From Candidatus Pacearchaeota archaeon (GTDB lineage Archaea > Nanobdellota > Nanobdellia > Pacearchaeales > GW2011-AR1), in NCBI GenBank assembly GCA_018304025.1, contig JAGVXA010000004.1, positions 9,719 through 73,718 on the forward strand: a stretch of 64,000 bases of DNA. Direction: 5' to 3'. The notes below the pieces were generated by a model. It was not told where the DNA came from. It was given only the letters and a program-made list of their open reading frames with translations, and did not search any database. Within the stretch, counting starts at the first letter, position 1; every line of letters begins with the position of its first letter. Shown piece by piece: positions 26,951-35,810 of the stretch. The translations under genes were made by a program, and so were the position numbers.

Positions 26951-27195
26951 ACATTTGAATCTCATCTCCCCATCCCCCCAAATTCCCCAACCCCTCCAAG
27001 AAATTTTCTCTTCATCATATTAAACCAAACCAAAAGTTTTATATGTTCTCATAATCTAAGTATCTTGTAAGTGAACCGGCTCCATAAAAGGTTTGTGTAT
27101 GCAGACTGGCCAGCGCGTATGCGTGTGATTGGTTGGGAAGGCCGCTACTCACTTACATTAATTTACCATTATTATTAATATTCTTTGTCTGCATA

Positions 27196-27435
27196 TCACT
27201 CAACTTCCCATTTATATTCCTTCTCAATTAATTGCTCTCTCAGCGCAAAAAGATATTCAGAATAATTCCGGCTGCGCAGTTCTTTGTCACCAATCAATCT
27301 CCTTAGCGCCCTGTGATCTTCGCACGCGTTTTGAATAATAACATCATTCTGCCCGTCGTAGATTCTCCCGCTCAAAAAAGCCAGAAAACTATTTGCTCTC
27401 ATCAGCAATTTCCGTTCTTCTGTTTTTCTTTTCAT
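27196..27435 (-). CDS. Small hypothetical protein, paralog of 28350..28592
   Basis: The true ATG is at 27435. The track's MEGFC extension is the translated SD GGAGGG. It has ~40% identity to 28350..28592 and an identical upstream 45 nt. Confidence 0.4.
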   Translation of the reverse strand: MKRKTEERKLLMRANSFLAFLSGRIYDGQNDVIIQNACEDHRALRRLIGDKELRSRNYSEYLFALREQLIEKEYKWEVE

Positions 27436-27502
27436 ACAAAATCCCTCCAATCAATAGTTTTAAACTTTCCGTTTATTGTCTAAGAAAGAGATTACAAAAC
27501 AT

Positions 27503-27904
27503 TCAGAAAGAAACCTGCCCAGGTTCTAATCTTTTTACTTGGGTTTTATCAAAATGCTTGTCAAAACTTACAATAGACAACGAATATTTTTTGCAAACAG
27601 CTAATTGAATAGAATCATCAAAATCAATCTGAAACTCTTTCATATCTTTAACAGCAGTTGATTCATCAGAAGTTACAGTATCCACCCGGATAATTTTACT
27701 TCGGGTAATAAATGAAAGAAAACTCTCCAGCGCTTCTGTCTTGTTATTTCTAGCCATGATTACTTCAATAGAATGCAAGGTGAAAGAACTGACGTAAAAA
27801 GAGTCTTTGCTTTTGTCAATGCTCTTCAAAAAAGATTCGCATTCATCCGCCCTTTCTTGATTAAGGAGAACCTCTAAGAATATATTTGTATCGATTAAAT
27901 ACAT
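27503..27904 (-). CDS. vapC: PIN-domain nuclease (VapC-like toxin)
   Basis: The N-terminal MYLIDTNIFLE is the PIN hallmark, and there are conserved acidic residues. An antitoxin-like gene lies immediately upstream. Confidence 0.65.
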   Translation of the reverse strand: MYLIDTNIFLEVLLNQERADECESFLKSIDKSKDSFYVSSFTLHSIEVIMARNNKTEALESFLSFITRSKIIRVDTVTSDESTAVKDMKEFQIDFDDSIQLAVCKKYSLSIVSFDKHFDKTQVKRLEPGQVSF

Positions 27905-27905
27905 T

Positions 27906-28103
27906 TTACCACTTATCTTTTATTTCGTGCTGTAAATCAACTGACTTTTTATTTACATTTTTTAACGCGCCGCGCCAAGACAATTTCTCGTCTTTTTCCG
28001 GGATAATTTCAATTTCAATAATCATTCCATTTTTCAAGTTCACTCTACTCAAAGGCACAAAATGCCCGTTCACAAATTTAACTTTTATTTCTTTAGGTTC
28101 CAT
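27906..28103 (-). CDS. DUF104-like antitoxin (AF2212/PRC-barrel-like) partner of PIN
   Basis: The segment VKFVNGHFVPLSRVNLKNGMIIEIEI matches the DUF104 pattern (aiYeNGvlkPLepvdLpEGteveI). It lies 1 nt upstream of the PIN gene. Confidence 0.5.
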   Translation of the reverse strand: MEPKEIKVKFVNGHFVPLSRVNLKNGMIIEIEIIPEKDEKLSWRGALKNVNKKSVDLQHEIKDKW

Positions 28104-28134
28104 AATCGCTTTAGCGCGTTTACATTTATATAAT

Positions 28135-28300
28135 TTTCGTTTTTCTGATACTGTAAACTTATCAGGATAAACCCTTCAAGTTGTTATATCTTAATCTATC
28201 TTAAACCTCAAAACATATCAATAACGAAGATAAATCAAATCCAGATAATTATTTTAGTTATTAACGAAACAGAAAATTTTTGTCATGTCTCGTTATCTTA
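28135..28300. repeat. ~160-bp dispersed repeat, copy B
   Basis: See copy A. It lies between the DUF104-PIN operon start and the 28350 gene end. Confidence 0.65.
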
Positions 28301-28349
28301 ACAATATCCCTTTTTCTTTTCTCAAATCTCTCTTCCAAAAATCTCCTCT

Positions 28350-28592
28350 TCATTCTCTCTCAATCTTCCACTTCCTTTCATACTCATCCAACTGGTACTT
28401 CAATGCAGAAATATAAGCATTATAATTTTGATTGCGTAATTTTTTATCACAAACTAATCTCCTCAATCTTCTGCTGTCCCGGCACATTCTTTCAAGAATC
28501 GCGCTGTCTTGGTCGTCGTGTATTCCGCTTCCAAATAAATAAAGAATGTCATCTGCCCTTTCCCTTAGCTGTTCTTCTGTTCTTCTATCCAT
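28350..28592 (-). CDS. Small hypothetical protein, paralog of 27196..27435
   Basis: It has the same upstream SD/promoter block. The ATG is at 28592. Confidence 0.4.
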   Translation of the reverse strand: MDRRTEEQLRERADDILYLFGSGIHDDQDSAILERMCRDSRRLRRLVCDKKLRNQNYNAYISALKYQLDEYERKWKIERE

Positions 28593-28867
28593 GTAAAATC
28601 CCTCCAATCAATAGTTTTAAACTTTCCGCTTGTCAGAATTGGCTCCGTAGAATAACTCCTCCAAGTTGTTACATTTAGTTATAATTTATTGCTACTTGCA
28701 AAAACAACATTTGCAGTCTAAGATGCTGTCCAGTTATCGCGAGATAGATTATAAAAAAGCACCAGAAAAACGAAGAGGTTTCTTTCTAATTATATTTAAA
28801 AGTTGATGATAATTTGACAGTATCCGCAAACAAATAAATTTATATACATCTTTCAATCCCAAAGAAA

Positions 28868-29290
28868 ATGAAGCGAAGTACTCTCGTGGGCATTTTGTGC
28901 GGCGGCGCAGCTGTTTTGCTTACTGCAGGTTATACCGCAAGAAATTATAATGGTTCTCCTTCTAACAACCCTTCAAGCTACGACGCATCCCACGATTACA
29001 TCGGCTTTTCCCCAAGAGGAGAAAACGTCCTCGCCGCAGACAGGGACGGGCTGAAAAGAGTCAGAGTCTGGGACGAGAACGGAAAATTCTATCTGGATGA
29101 AAAAATCTCTCCGGAAATCTGGGACAACTCCCAATCTCCTCCACTCTCTCCAGAAAACAAAATCGTGTCTCCGATTGCCCAAACATTCATATTTGAAAAA
29201 CCATTAAGGGAAGGAGATTACACAATTGAAGTGACAGACACAAAAAATAATATCCAGACATTCAGAAAATATTTCAAGCCGGAAAAATAA
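28868..29290 (+). CDS. Small secreted protein
   Basis: It has a signal peptide (LVGILCGGAAVLLTAGYTA). It sits 1 nt before the giant gene. Confidence 0.45.
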   Translation: MKRSTLVGILCGGAAVLLTAGYTARNYNGSPSNNPSSYDASHDYIGFSPRGENVLAADRDGLKRVRVWDENGKFYLDEKISPEIWDNSQSPPLSPENKIVSPIAQTFIFEKPLREGDYTIEVTDTKNNIQTFRKYFKPEK

Positions 29291-29291
29291 T

Positions 29292-32200
29292 ATGGTTTCA
29301 ATCCAAAACAAAAAGATATTATTCGTTTCATTAGTTCTGGCGCTTCTCTTCGCCTCCATCGCTTTTGTCGAGTCAGCTTCTGAGGAAAGAATCGTCCTAA
29401 AAAACTCAATCCAAAAAAAATCCCCTCCAGAAAAATCAAGCATATCATTGTTAAAAACTGCTCAAGCCAAGTTGAAACAAAAAAATATTTCAATCAACGA
29501 TTCTCTTCTTTCACCTGTCCAGCCCGCAAGCTCCCCTCCCATTGAAACAGAATGTTTCTGGTTTGATGCAGACACTGACAAAGACATTGACCAATCAGAC
29601 TTCGGAAGATTCACAGCTTGTCTGACAGGACAAGGCAGCCCAATCTCTGTAGAATCCTGCAGAAGATTCGACTCAGATTCAGATAACGACGTCGATTCTT
29701 CAGACAGCGCTGTTTTCCAAACCTGCCTCTCAGGCCCGCAAACTCTTTATCCAAATTTCAATCCGCAGATTTATTATTCAACAATATTATTAAAAAATTT
29801 AGAAGAATCAATTTTAGGCGCAGATGTCAGCGAGCCCTTCGCGCTTTCCCAATCCCAGATAATCTCAATAAATAATTTCATAGAATCAACAAAATCCCCC
29901 TCGTCAAAAAACAATCTGGCTGTAATCAGCAAAAAATTATACTACCCTGTCCAGAATAATCTTTTCACATTCAATCCTTCAGCAGACATAGTCCAGTCAG
30001 GAGACTCAACTCTTTATTACTTGTCCATCTCCGACGGAAACAAATTCCTGCTTTTAGAAAAATCAAATTCTTGGGAGCCCTGCGCAGTCGCGAACACGAA
30101 TAATCCATTTGAAATTTTCAAAGACGTGAATTGCATTTTTGAAACAACAGTTTCAGAAGGAAACCCCCCGTTCTTGATAGAGAATCAGGAAGCAATACAG
30201 CAGATTAATTCTTATCTCTCAGCTAAAAAAACAGAAGGAGTCATAACAGACTACGTCCTGCACGCGCTCGACGACGACCCGAATGAATTAGTCGTCTTAA
30301 CAATTCCAAGCCCAGACTTCCCAGAATTAAGCTTTGCTGTTTCAATGCACGATGCAGACAAATTCGCGCCAGAGCCAAACATGACTCTGAATAAAGATTT
30401 ATTCAACGAGCTAATCAACGACGACGTATTCTTATTCTTGGGCGAAAATTACCAATATGTCTCAGATTTCAAAACTCCTCTCTCAGCTCTAAAATCAATT
30501 TCAGAAAATTCAAATTACAAAGAAAAAACCGCAAGAGCTATTGAAATAATTTCTTCAACAGAATTAACAGACTACGGAGTTTGCGGAGATGGTTATTGCG
30601 ATTCAGATGAAACCTGCATAGAAGATTGCGGCGCAAGAGTTTTCGTGACAAGCCAGATTTACGACGGCAATCTCGGCGGCTTGGCGGGCGCAGACGAAAA
30701 ATGCAGGCAAGCTGCAAAAACCGCAAATCTCGGAGGAATCTGGAAAGCTTACATCGGCACAGAAATACTTCCCGCAGAATCAAGAATTTATCCTTCCCCC
30801 CTGCCTTACAAAAAATTAGACGGAACTTTAATAGCAAACAATTACAATGATTTAACAGACAGCAGTATTGAATCGCAGATTAACATCGACGAGTTCAACG
30901 AATCAGTGCCTGCGCCGGAATATTCAAATTTTATTTTTGCATGGACAGGTTCTGCCGGCTCCGACGGCAAAATAGCTGATTGTAACGATTGGACAAATAA
31001 TAATCTTGTATTCTCTAACGGAAATTGGATTCTGCCGTCTTCTTGGAATAATTATGGCGGCGCAGGAATTATAAACTGGGAAAGTGAAAGGCAAGCGCAA
31101 TGGTCAAGCGCAGTGTCTTCGGGATGCCACGTTAAAAATAAATTATATTGTATCGAACAGCCAGCTTCAGAGCCCTCAAGAATTTTGCAGGCTTCTGCAA
31201 ATCCAAATCCCTCCCCAATTCCAATCCCTCAGGGCATGAATACCGACGAATATTACAGGCTTGTTCAGGGAACAGTCCCGTTCAGAAACGGAATTTTCTT
31301 TTTCCAGGGCCCGATGCTCGGATTGAACAAAATCGAGCAAACTCAGATACTAAGCACAAAAAACACGCTGATGAGATTCAAAAAATTTGGCTACACTTTC
31401 AAATCTCTTTCCGCAGGCCCTTATCCAAATGTGAAAGCAATTGAAAAATTTATAGAATACGTAAAGAACCCTGAATACCAGATTATTTATTCAGATGTTC
31501 ACGCTTCTTCCGGAACTCCTCAGTTGATAGAATGCTGGAAAAGCGACGACGCTGTTTTCATGCAGGGCCCTGATTTCAACGCAGCAATGGCGAGAGTCCA
31601 GCAATTAAGAAACGACCCAAGATACGCCAACTACCAGATAGCAATTAACTCTGTCTGCAAGTATCTTGATGTTCATACCGGAAAAATTAAAACAGAAGGA
31701 TACGGAATTACAGTTTCTCCAATCTGGCTATACCGGATGGATGCCAACGGGCAGAACAGAAAATCAATTGTCTTCCAGGCAACTTGCTTCGGCGGAGTTT
31801 CCCACCTAGTTCCGAATTCTGCAGTGAACAGCTGGATTTCAGTCCCCGACAGAATAACAAAACTAGCTTATTCCGCGGGCGTGAAAGATGTTCTTCTCTT
31901 CACAGATTATTTCCTGACTGAAAGAAGTTTCCCGATGGAAGATTTTCCGTACATTTCAAGCGGGTTGTTAAGAACGCCTTCATTAATTTTCAATAAAGTC
32001 GGAACAAAATATGCTTCGTCCAAAGCGTATTACGACGGAGAAACTACTTTGACCGTCGGAAACACAATAATTTTAGACGGTAGTATCGACACAAATAATC
32101 CCTGCCTTACAAAGCGCTCGTTTTCTTCAGCAAGCATTTTCACAGATTATATTTTCTGCCAGATGATTCACCACGGCGGGACAGGCCCCCAGCCGGAAGT

Positions 32201-33173
32201 TGCGCCAAGAGTCTCGTCTGTTTCAGGCCCCGGATTCAGCAAAAAAACAGAGCCATATGAAGGATGCAACAAATACGGATACCAAGTTAAATACACAAAC
32301 ATGTCAAACGAAATCGAAATTAATTTTAACACGCCGATTCTTCCCGAGCCGAACTCCGTCGAAGTAGATGTCACCGGCTGCGTCGCTGATTTTGAAAAAA
32401 ACCCGGACGTATTGCTAAATTATTACGAATCTGCTTATCCAAAATATTCAATTGATTCTCTGAAAGCGCTGAGCGAATTCAAGCAGGTATATAACTTGCC
32501 AATTAATCCGGATAATTTGTACGACATAAATTGGAGCACAGCGCAGACAAATGCCTACAGCGCAAATTACAAGAATAAATTAAATATAAAATTAAATTGG
32601 TGGCCGTCGAGAAGATACGAGATGTGCCTTCCCCAATCTTTCGAAGGAGAGGCAATCTATCCAGATTACACAAAAATAAACTTCCCAGAACACGATCATT
32701 CCTTCCTTGAAAGCGGCGGAAGAAATCAAAATAGATTAGTCGAGTCAGATGCAACAAGCGATAGCGGATGGAAGGACGACACAATCGAGCCGCCTTGGAC
32801 TAGCGGAGATCCGGACATATGGCAGGACGACTGGTCTTCAGACAGATTTGTAAAAATAACTTTGAAAGGAAATTTAATACGAAGCTGGCCCGCAGGAATA
32901 AAATTCAACGGGCAGAACGCAGATGTCTCTCGGTTTAACATGCTCCAGTCAGGATATAATTATTACGGCGTTTACAATCCCTCGACAAAAAATTTCGATT
33001 TGAAATGGGAGTACTACAACGGCAACGACGCTCCTGGAAAAGATTTCCAAATCTGGTTCCCATGCCAAAAGCCCGTCGTCACTTATAACATACAGCAAAT
33101 TTACTGCGAATCAAACGAAGACTGCCCGCCGGATAATTATTGTCTAGTCGATAAGCATATATGCGTAGGATAA
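29292..33173 (+). CDS. Giant secreted protein (1293 aa) with N-proximal dockerin-like double Ca-binding module and Cys-rich segments
   Basis: There is a signal peptide. Residues 91-150 read DADTDKDIDQSDFGRFTACLTGQG...DSDSDNDVDSSDSAVFQTCLSGPQ. A GDGYCDSDETCIEDCG segment follows, and the protein ends CESNEDCPPDNYCLVDKHICVG. Confidence 0.6.
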   Translation: MVSIQNKKILFVSLVLALLFASIAFVESASEERIVLKNSIQKKSPPEKSSISLLKTAQAKLKQKNISINDSLLSPVQPASSPPIETECFWFDADTDKDIDQSDFGRFTACLTGQGSPISVESCRRFDSDSDNDVDSSDSAVFQTCLSGPQTLYPNFNPQIYYSTILLKNLEESILGADVSEPFALSQSQIISINNFIESTKSPSSKNNLAVISKKLYYPVQNNLFTFNPSADIVQSGDSTLYYLSISDGNKFLLLEKSNSWEPCAVANTNNPFEIFKDVNCIFETTVSEGNPPFLIENQEAIQQINSYLSAKKTEGVITDYVLHALDDDPNELVVLTIPSPDFPELSFAVSMHDADKFAPEPNMTLNKDLFNELINDDVFLFLGENYQYVSDFKTPLSALKSISENSNYKEKTARAIEIISSTELTDYGVCGDGYCDSDETCIEDCGARVFVTSQIYDGNLGGLAGADEKCRQAAKTANLGGIWKAYIGTEILPAESRIYPSPLPYKKLDGTLIANNYNDLTDSSIESQINIDEFNESVPAPEYSNFIFAWTGSAGSDGKIADCNDWTNNNLVFSNGNWILPSSWNNYGGAGIINWESERQAQWSSAVSSGCHVKNKLYCIEQPASEPSRILQASANPNPSPIPIPQGMNTDEYYRLVQGTVPFRNGIFFFQGPMLGLNKIEQTQILSTKNTLMRFKKFGYTFKSLSAGPYPNVKAIEKFIEYVKNPEYQIIYSDVHASSGTPQLIECWKSDDAVFMQGPDFNAAMARVQQLRNDPRYANYQIAINSVCKYLDVHTGKIKTEGYGITVSPIWLYRMDANGQNRKSIVFQATCFGGVSHLVPNSAVNSWISVPDRITKLAYSAGVKDVLLFTDYFLTERSFPMEDFPYISSGLLRTPSLIFNKVGTKYASSKAYYDGETTLTVGNTIILDGSIDTNNPCLTKRSFSSASIFTDYIFCQMIHHGGTGPQPEVAPRVSSVSGPGFSKKTEPYEGCNKYGYQVKYTNMSNEIEINFNTPILPEPNSVEVDVTGCVADFEKNPDVLLNYYESAYPKYSIDSLKALSEFKQVYNLPINPDNLYDINWSTAQTNAYSANYKNKLNIKLNWWPSRRYEMCLPQSFEGEAIYPDYTKINFPEHDHSFLESGGRNQNRLVESDATSDSGWKDDTIEPPWTSGDPDIWQDDWSSDRFVKITLKGNLIRSWPAGIKFNGQNADVSRFNMLQSGYNYYGVYNPSTKNFDLKWEYYNGNDAPGKDFQIWFPCQKPVVTYNIQQIYCESNEDCPPDNYCLVDKHICVG

Positions 33174-33236
33174 ATTATATCACTTTAAAATTACTACAAA
33201 AGCAAAGTTTAAATACCATTATACTCTAAAATAATT

Positions 33237-34073
33237 ATGAAAACAAAAGTTTTCTCTGTACTGGCAGCAGGATTAATTTTAGCAATGCTAATTCTCGCAG
33301 GCCCTGCGCAGGGTTTTACATTAAGTCTTGCGTTGGATAATTCCTCGCCGACAATCGGAGATAAAATAAATTTCACAGCCGAAATAAATATTCCTTCGGG
33401 AGAGCAGCTTCCAATGGAATATCTAACATTAGAATTATCCGGCCCGGAAACAGGCGCTTGCAAATTTTCTCCAGACGGAACAATCATAAGTGGATGCAAG
33501 GGAATAACAATTTCATTAAATCAAAATTCAAATTATGGTTACGGTTACGGATATGGATACGGCTACCAATCGGGAAAATTAATTTACACAATTACCGTCG
33601 ATACTTCACAATACAAGACAGGAGAATACTCGACAAGTTTTAATGTAAAAACAAATCCTTTGTTCACTCAGTCAGGTCCGTCTTTCAATATAATAGCAAA
33701 ACAATCAAGCGGCGGTTCAGGATGCTACACTCAATGGCAATGCACAGACTGGACTGAATGCGTCGACGGCGAGCAATTCCGTTCATGTTCTAAAAAAATA
33801 AATTACTGCTCCGCAGCCAAGCAGCCGGAATTGGAAAGAACTTGTTTGAATCAAAAATCTTTGGCTTCCGTCAGCAAAAACAAGAATAGCGACGGCAAAA
33901 TAGAATTAAACGAGACAGAAACATTAAGCCAGTCGTCTCAAAAATTAGCTTCAGCAATAACCGGAGCAGTTACAGGCGTGGCTGGCGACGTCGGCTACGG
34001 CGGAATTATAATTTTTGTTGTCGTGGTTTTGGGCTCGCTTTTCTTGATTGTTTTCCTGAGAAGAGTCTTGTAA
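33237..34073 (+). CDS. Surface-anchored protein with (GY)n repeat and C-terminal TM anchor
   Basis: It has a signal peptide, a NYGYGYGYGYGYQ repeat and a C-terminal GGIIIFVVVVLGSLFLIVFLRRVL anchor. It is paralogous to the next gene. Confidence 0.55.
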   Translation: MKTKVFSVLAAGLILAMLILAGPAQGFTLSLALDNSSPTIGDKINFTAEINIPSGEQLPMEYLTLELSGPETGACKFSPDGTIISGCKGITISLNQNSNYGYGYGYGYGYQSGKLIYTITVDTSQYKTGEYSTSFNVKTNPLFTQSGPSFNIIAKQSSGGSGCYTQWQCTDWTECVDGEQFRSCSKKINYCSAAKQPELERTCLNQKSLASVSKNKNSDGKIELNETETLSQSSQKLASAITGAVTGVAGDVGYGGIIIFVVVVLGSLFLIVFLRRVL

Positions 34074-34144
34074 TTGTAAAATTTACCACTGGAATATAAT
34101 GAAAGAGATTTATATATTTGCTATTCTTCTATAAATCAAGTAAA

Positions 34145-35029
34145 ATGGGGGATGTGAGCAAAATTTCTGCAACTGCAATAACTTTGTTAGTTCTTTCCAT
34201 CTTGATTATAACTGGTCCTGCAAGAGCTTTTGTCCTCGGTTTTTCAGTGTTGAATAACATCCCAATTCCCGGCGCGCCAGTTAATTTTTTAGTTTCAGCT
34301 GAAATAGAGCACGATGAAATTTTAAATATAAAAAATTTCACTTTCGAATTAACAGGTCCACAAAGTTTAACCTGCGATTTTCTTCCGAACGGAACTATTT
34401 TAACTTCTTGTCCGGGAATTAAAATTGAACAAATCGAATCTGCAGAATTTCAATTCGGATATGGCTACGGCTACGGTTATGGATATGGCTACGGCTACGG
34501 CTACGGCGAAAATGGTTTCCTCCGAGGATTTCTAAAATATAATATTACTCTCGACTCAAACACATTGCCCGCAGGAGAATACACCGCAAAACTTTTCGCA
34601 GCAACACCGACGGAGAGATTCCAGAGTTCAGAAGAAGAATTAACAATATTCAAGGAGTTGGCGCCAGTGGAAAAATGCTCGATACGTGCAGAGAAAGGAA
34701 AAATATCTATCGATGGCAAATCCCTGGAATCTCCAAGAACAAAACTTAATCTCGGTGTTCCAGAAAACAGGGCGCAGAAAGGAAAAGGATTTATAACAGC
34801 GCAGGGAGGAAGAGACAGAATAACTTACCAGTTTAAAGTAGACAAAGCAGCTAGAATCAGCGCAGACACAATTCTTTTCTTCACGTCGGGAGTTTTAGAG
34901 CATAATAAGGAAAAAACTTCAGAGTCCGCGCTGATTTCATTCAACACAAAATCCTTTAAGACACAAGTTATTGTCGACGGAGAGTCGCTTAAAATTCAGG
35001 AAATGGATGTTAATTTCGCCAAATGTTAA
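34145..35029 (+). CDS. Secreted (GY)n-repeat protein, paralog of 33237..34073
   Basis: It has a signal peptide (ITLLVLSILIITGPARA), the conserved LTGPQSLTCDFLPNGTILTSCPGIKI block, and a (GY)11 repeat. Confidence 0.55.
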   Translation: MGDVSKISATAITLLVLSILIITGPARAFVLGFSVLNNIPIPGAPVNFLVSAEIEHDEILNIKNFTFELTGPQSLTCDFLPNGTILTSCPGIKIEQIESAEFQFGYGYGYGYGYGYGYGYGENGFLRGFLKYNITLDSNTLPAGEYTAKLFAATPTERFQSSEEELTIFKELAPVEKCSIRAEKGKISIDGKSLESPRTKLNLGVPENRAQKGKGFITAQGGRDRITYQFKVDKAARISADTILFFTSGVLEHNKEKTSESALISFNTKSFKTQVIVDGESLKIQEMDVNFAKC

Positions 35030-35030
35030 G

Positions 35031-35810
35031 ATGAAAAAAATTTTTTGTATTTTCTTTTTCGCTGTAATTTTTTCTGCGCTGGTGTCCTCTGCAGAATTCA
35101 GCCCGAATATTTTAGTTTATAGTCTTGAGCCAAATCAAGAACTATGCCAGCAGATAATAATCTTCTCTGAAACATTAAAAAAATTTGAAGTTTCCGACAG
35201 ATTGTCTGAAAATTCCAGAATTGAAATCAACTTCACAAAAACCATAGACAGATTCAAGGGAGAAAAAATAATTGACATCTGCATAAAAGGAAACCAGAAC
35301 GGAATTTACAACGGAATGGTTTTTTTCAGAGATCCGGCAGAAAAAAATACTAGTCTGTTCGCCGGTTCTGTCCAAATTTTCGTCGACGTTTCAGAAATTC
35401 AGCAATCTCCTTCTGAAATTATCTCTTCCCCCTCGGCAAGTTCAGGCGGCGGGGGAGGTGGTGGGGGTGGCGGCGGCAGTTCAGCAAAACCAAAAACAAC
35501 AGCAAATAAAAATCAAACAATAGCCAACAAAACAATTCAATCACTCTCCGTCCAAACCAAGGAAATTTCAAATTCAAATAACGAGTCTCCCCACGACGCT
35601 TCAGAAATAACCGGCGCAGCAGTCAGCACAAATTCCAAATTAAAACCAATTATCCCGATAATTTTCATCCTCGCTGTTTTGGTATTCTTCGTATACTCGA
35701 AAATAAACCCTTCGGGAAAAAATCCAAGTTCACCAAAGAAAAGGAGTAACACGCATTTAAATAAATCCTCGTCTATTAAACTTATTGAAAGGAGGTTAAA
35801 AAAGAGATGA
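35031..35810 (+). CDS. Surface-anchored protein: signal peptide, conserved N-domain, Ser/Gly-rich linker, C-terminal TM anchor
   Basis: The start is MKKIFCIFFF. It has a G10 run and a C-terminal PIIPIIFILAVLVFFVY anchor. It is paralogous to 36882..37670. Confidence 0.5.
   Translation: MKKIFCIFFFAVIFSALVSSAEFSPNILVYSLEPNQELCQQIIIFSETLKKFEVSDRLSENSRIEINFTKTIDRFKGEKIIDICIKGNQNGIYNGMVFFRDPAEKNTSLFAGSVQIFVDVSEIQQSPSEIISSPSASSGGGGGGGGGGGSSAKPKTTANKNQTIANKTIQSLSVQTKEISNSNNESPHDASEITGAAVSTNSKLKPIIPIIFILAVLVFFVYSKINPSGKNPSSPKKRSNTHLNKSSSIKLIERRLKKR

Noticed and set aside
28280-28678. 132-aa plus-strand ORF
   Set aside because: It is antisense to the 28350..28592 gene, which has a clear paralog with a conserved promoter/SD. 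Its composition (Phe/Ser/Leu-rich) is typical of AT-rich antisense frames.
30538-30850. Arg-rich ORFs (minus 30538..30837, plus 30626..30850) inside the giant gene
   Set aside because: They are alternative-frame or antisense artefacts of a locally GC/AG-rich stretch. Both are extremely Arg/Leu/Lys-biased.
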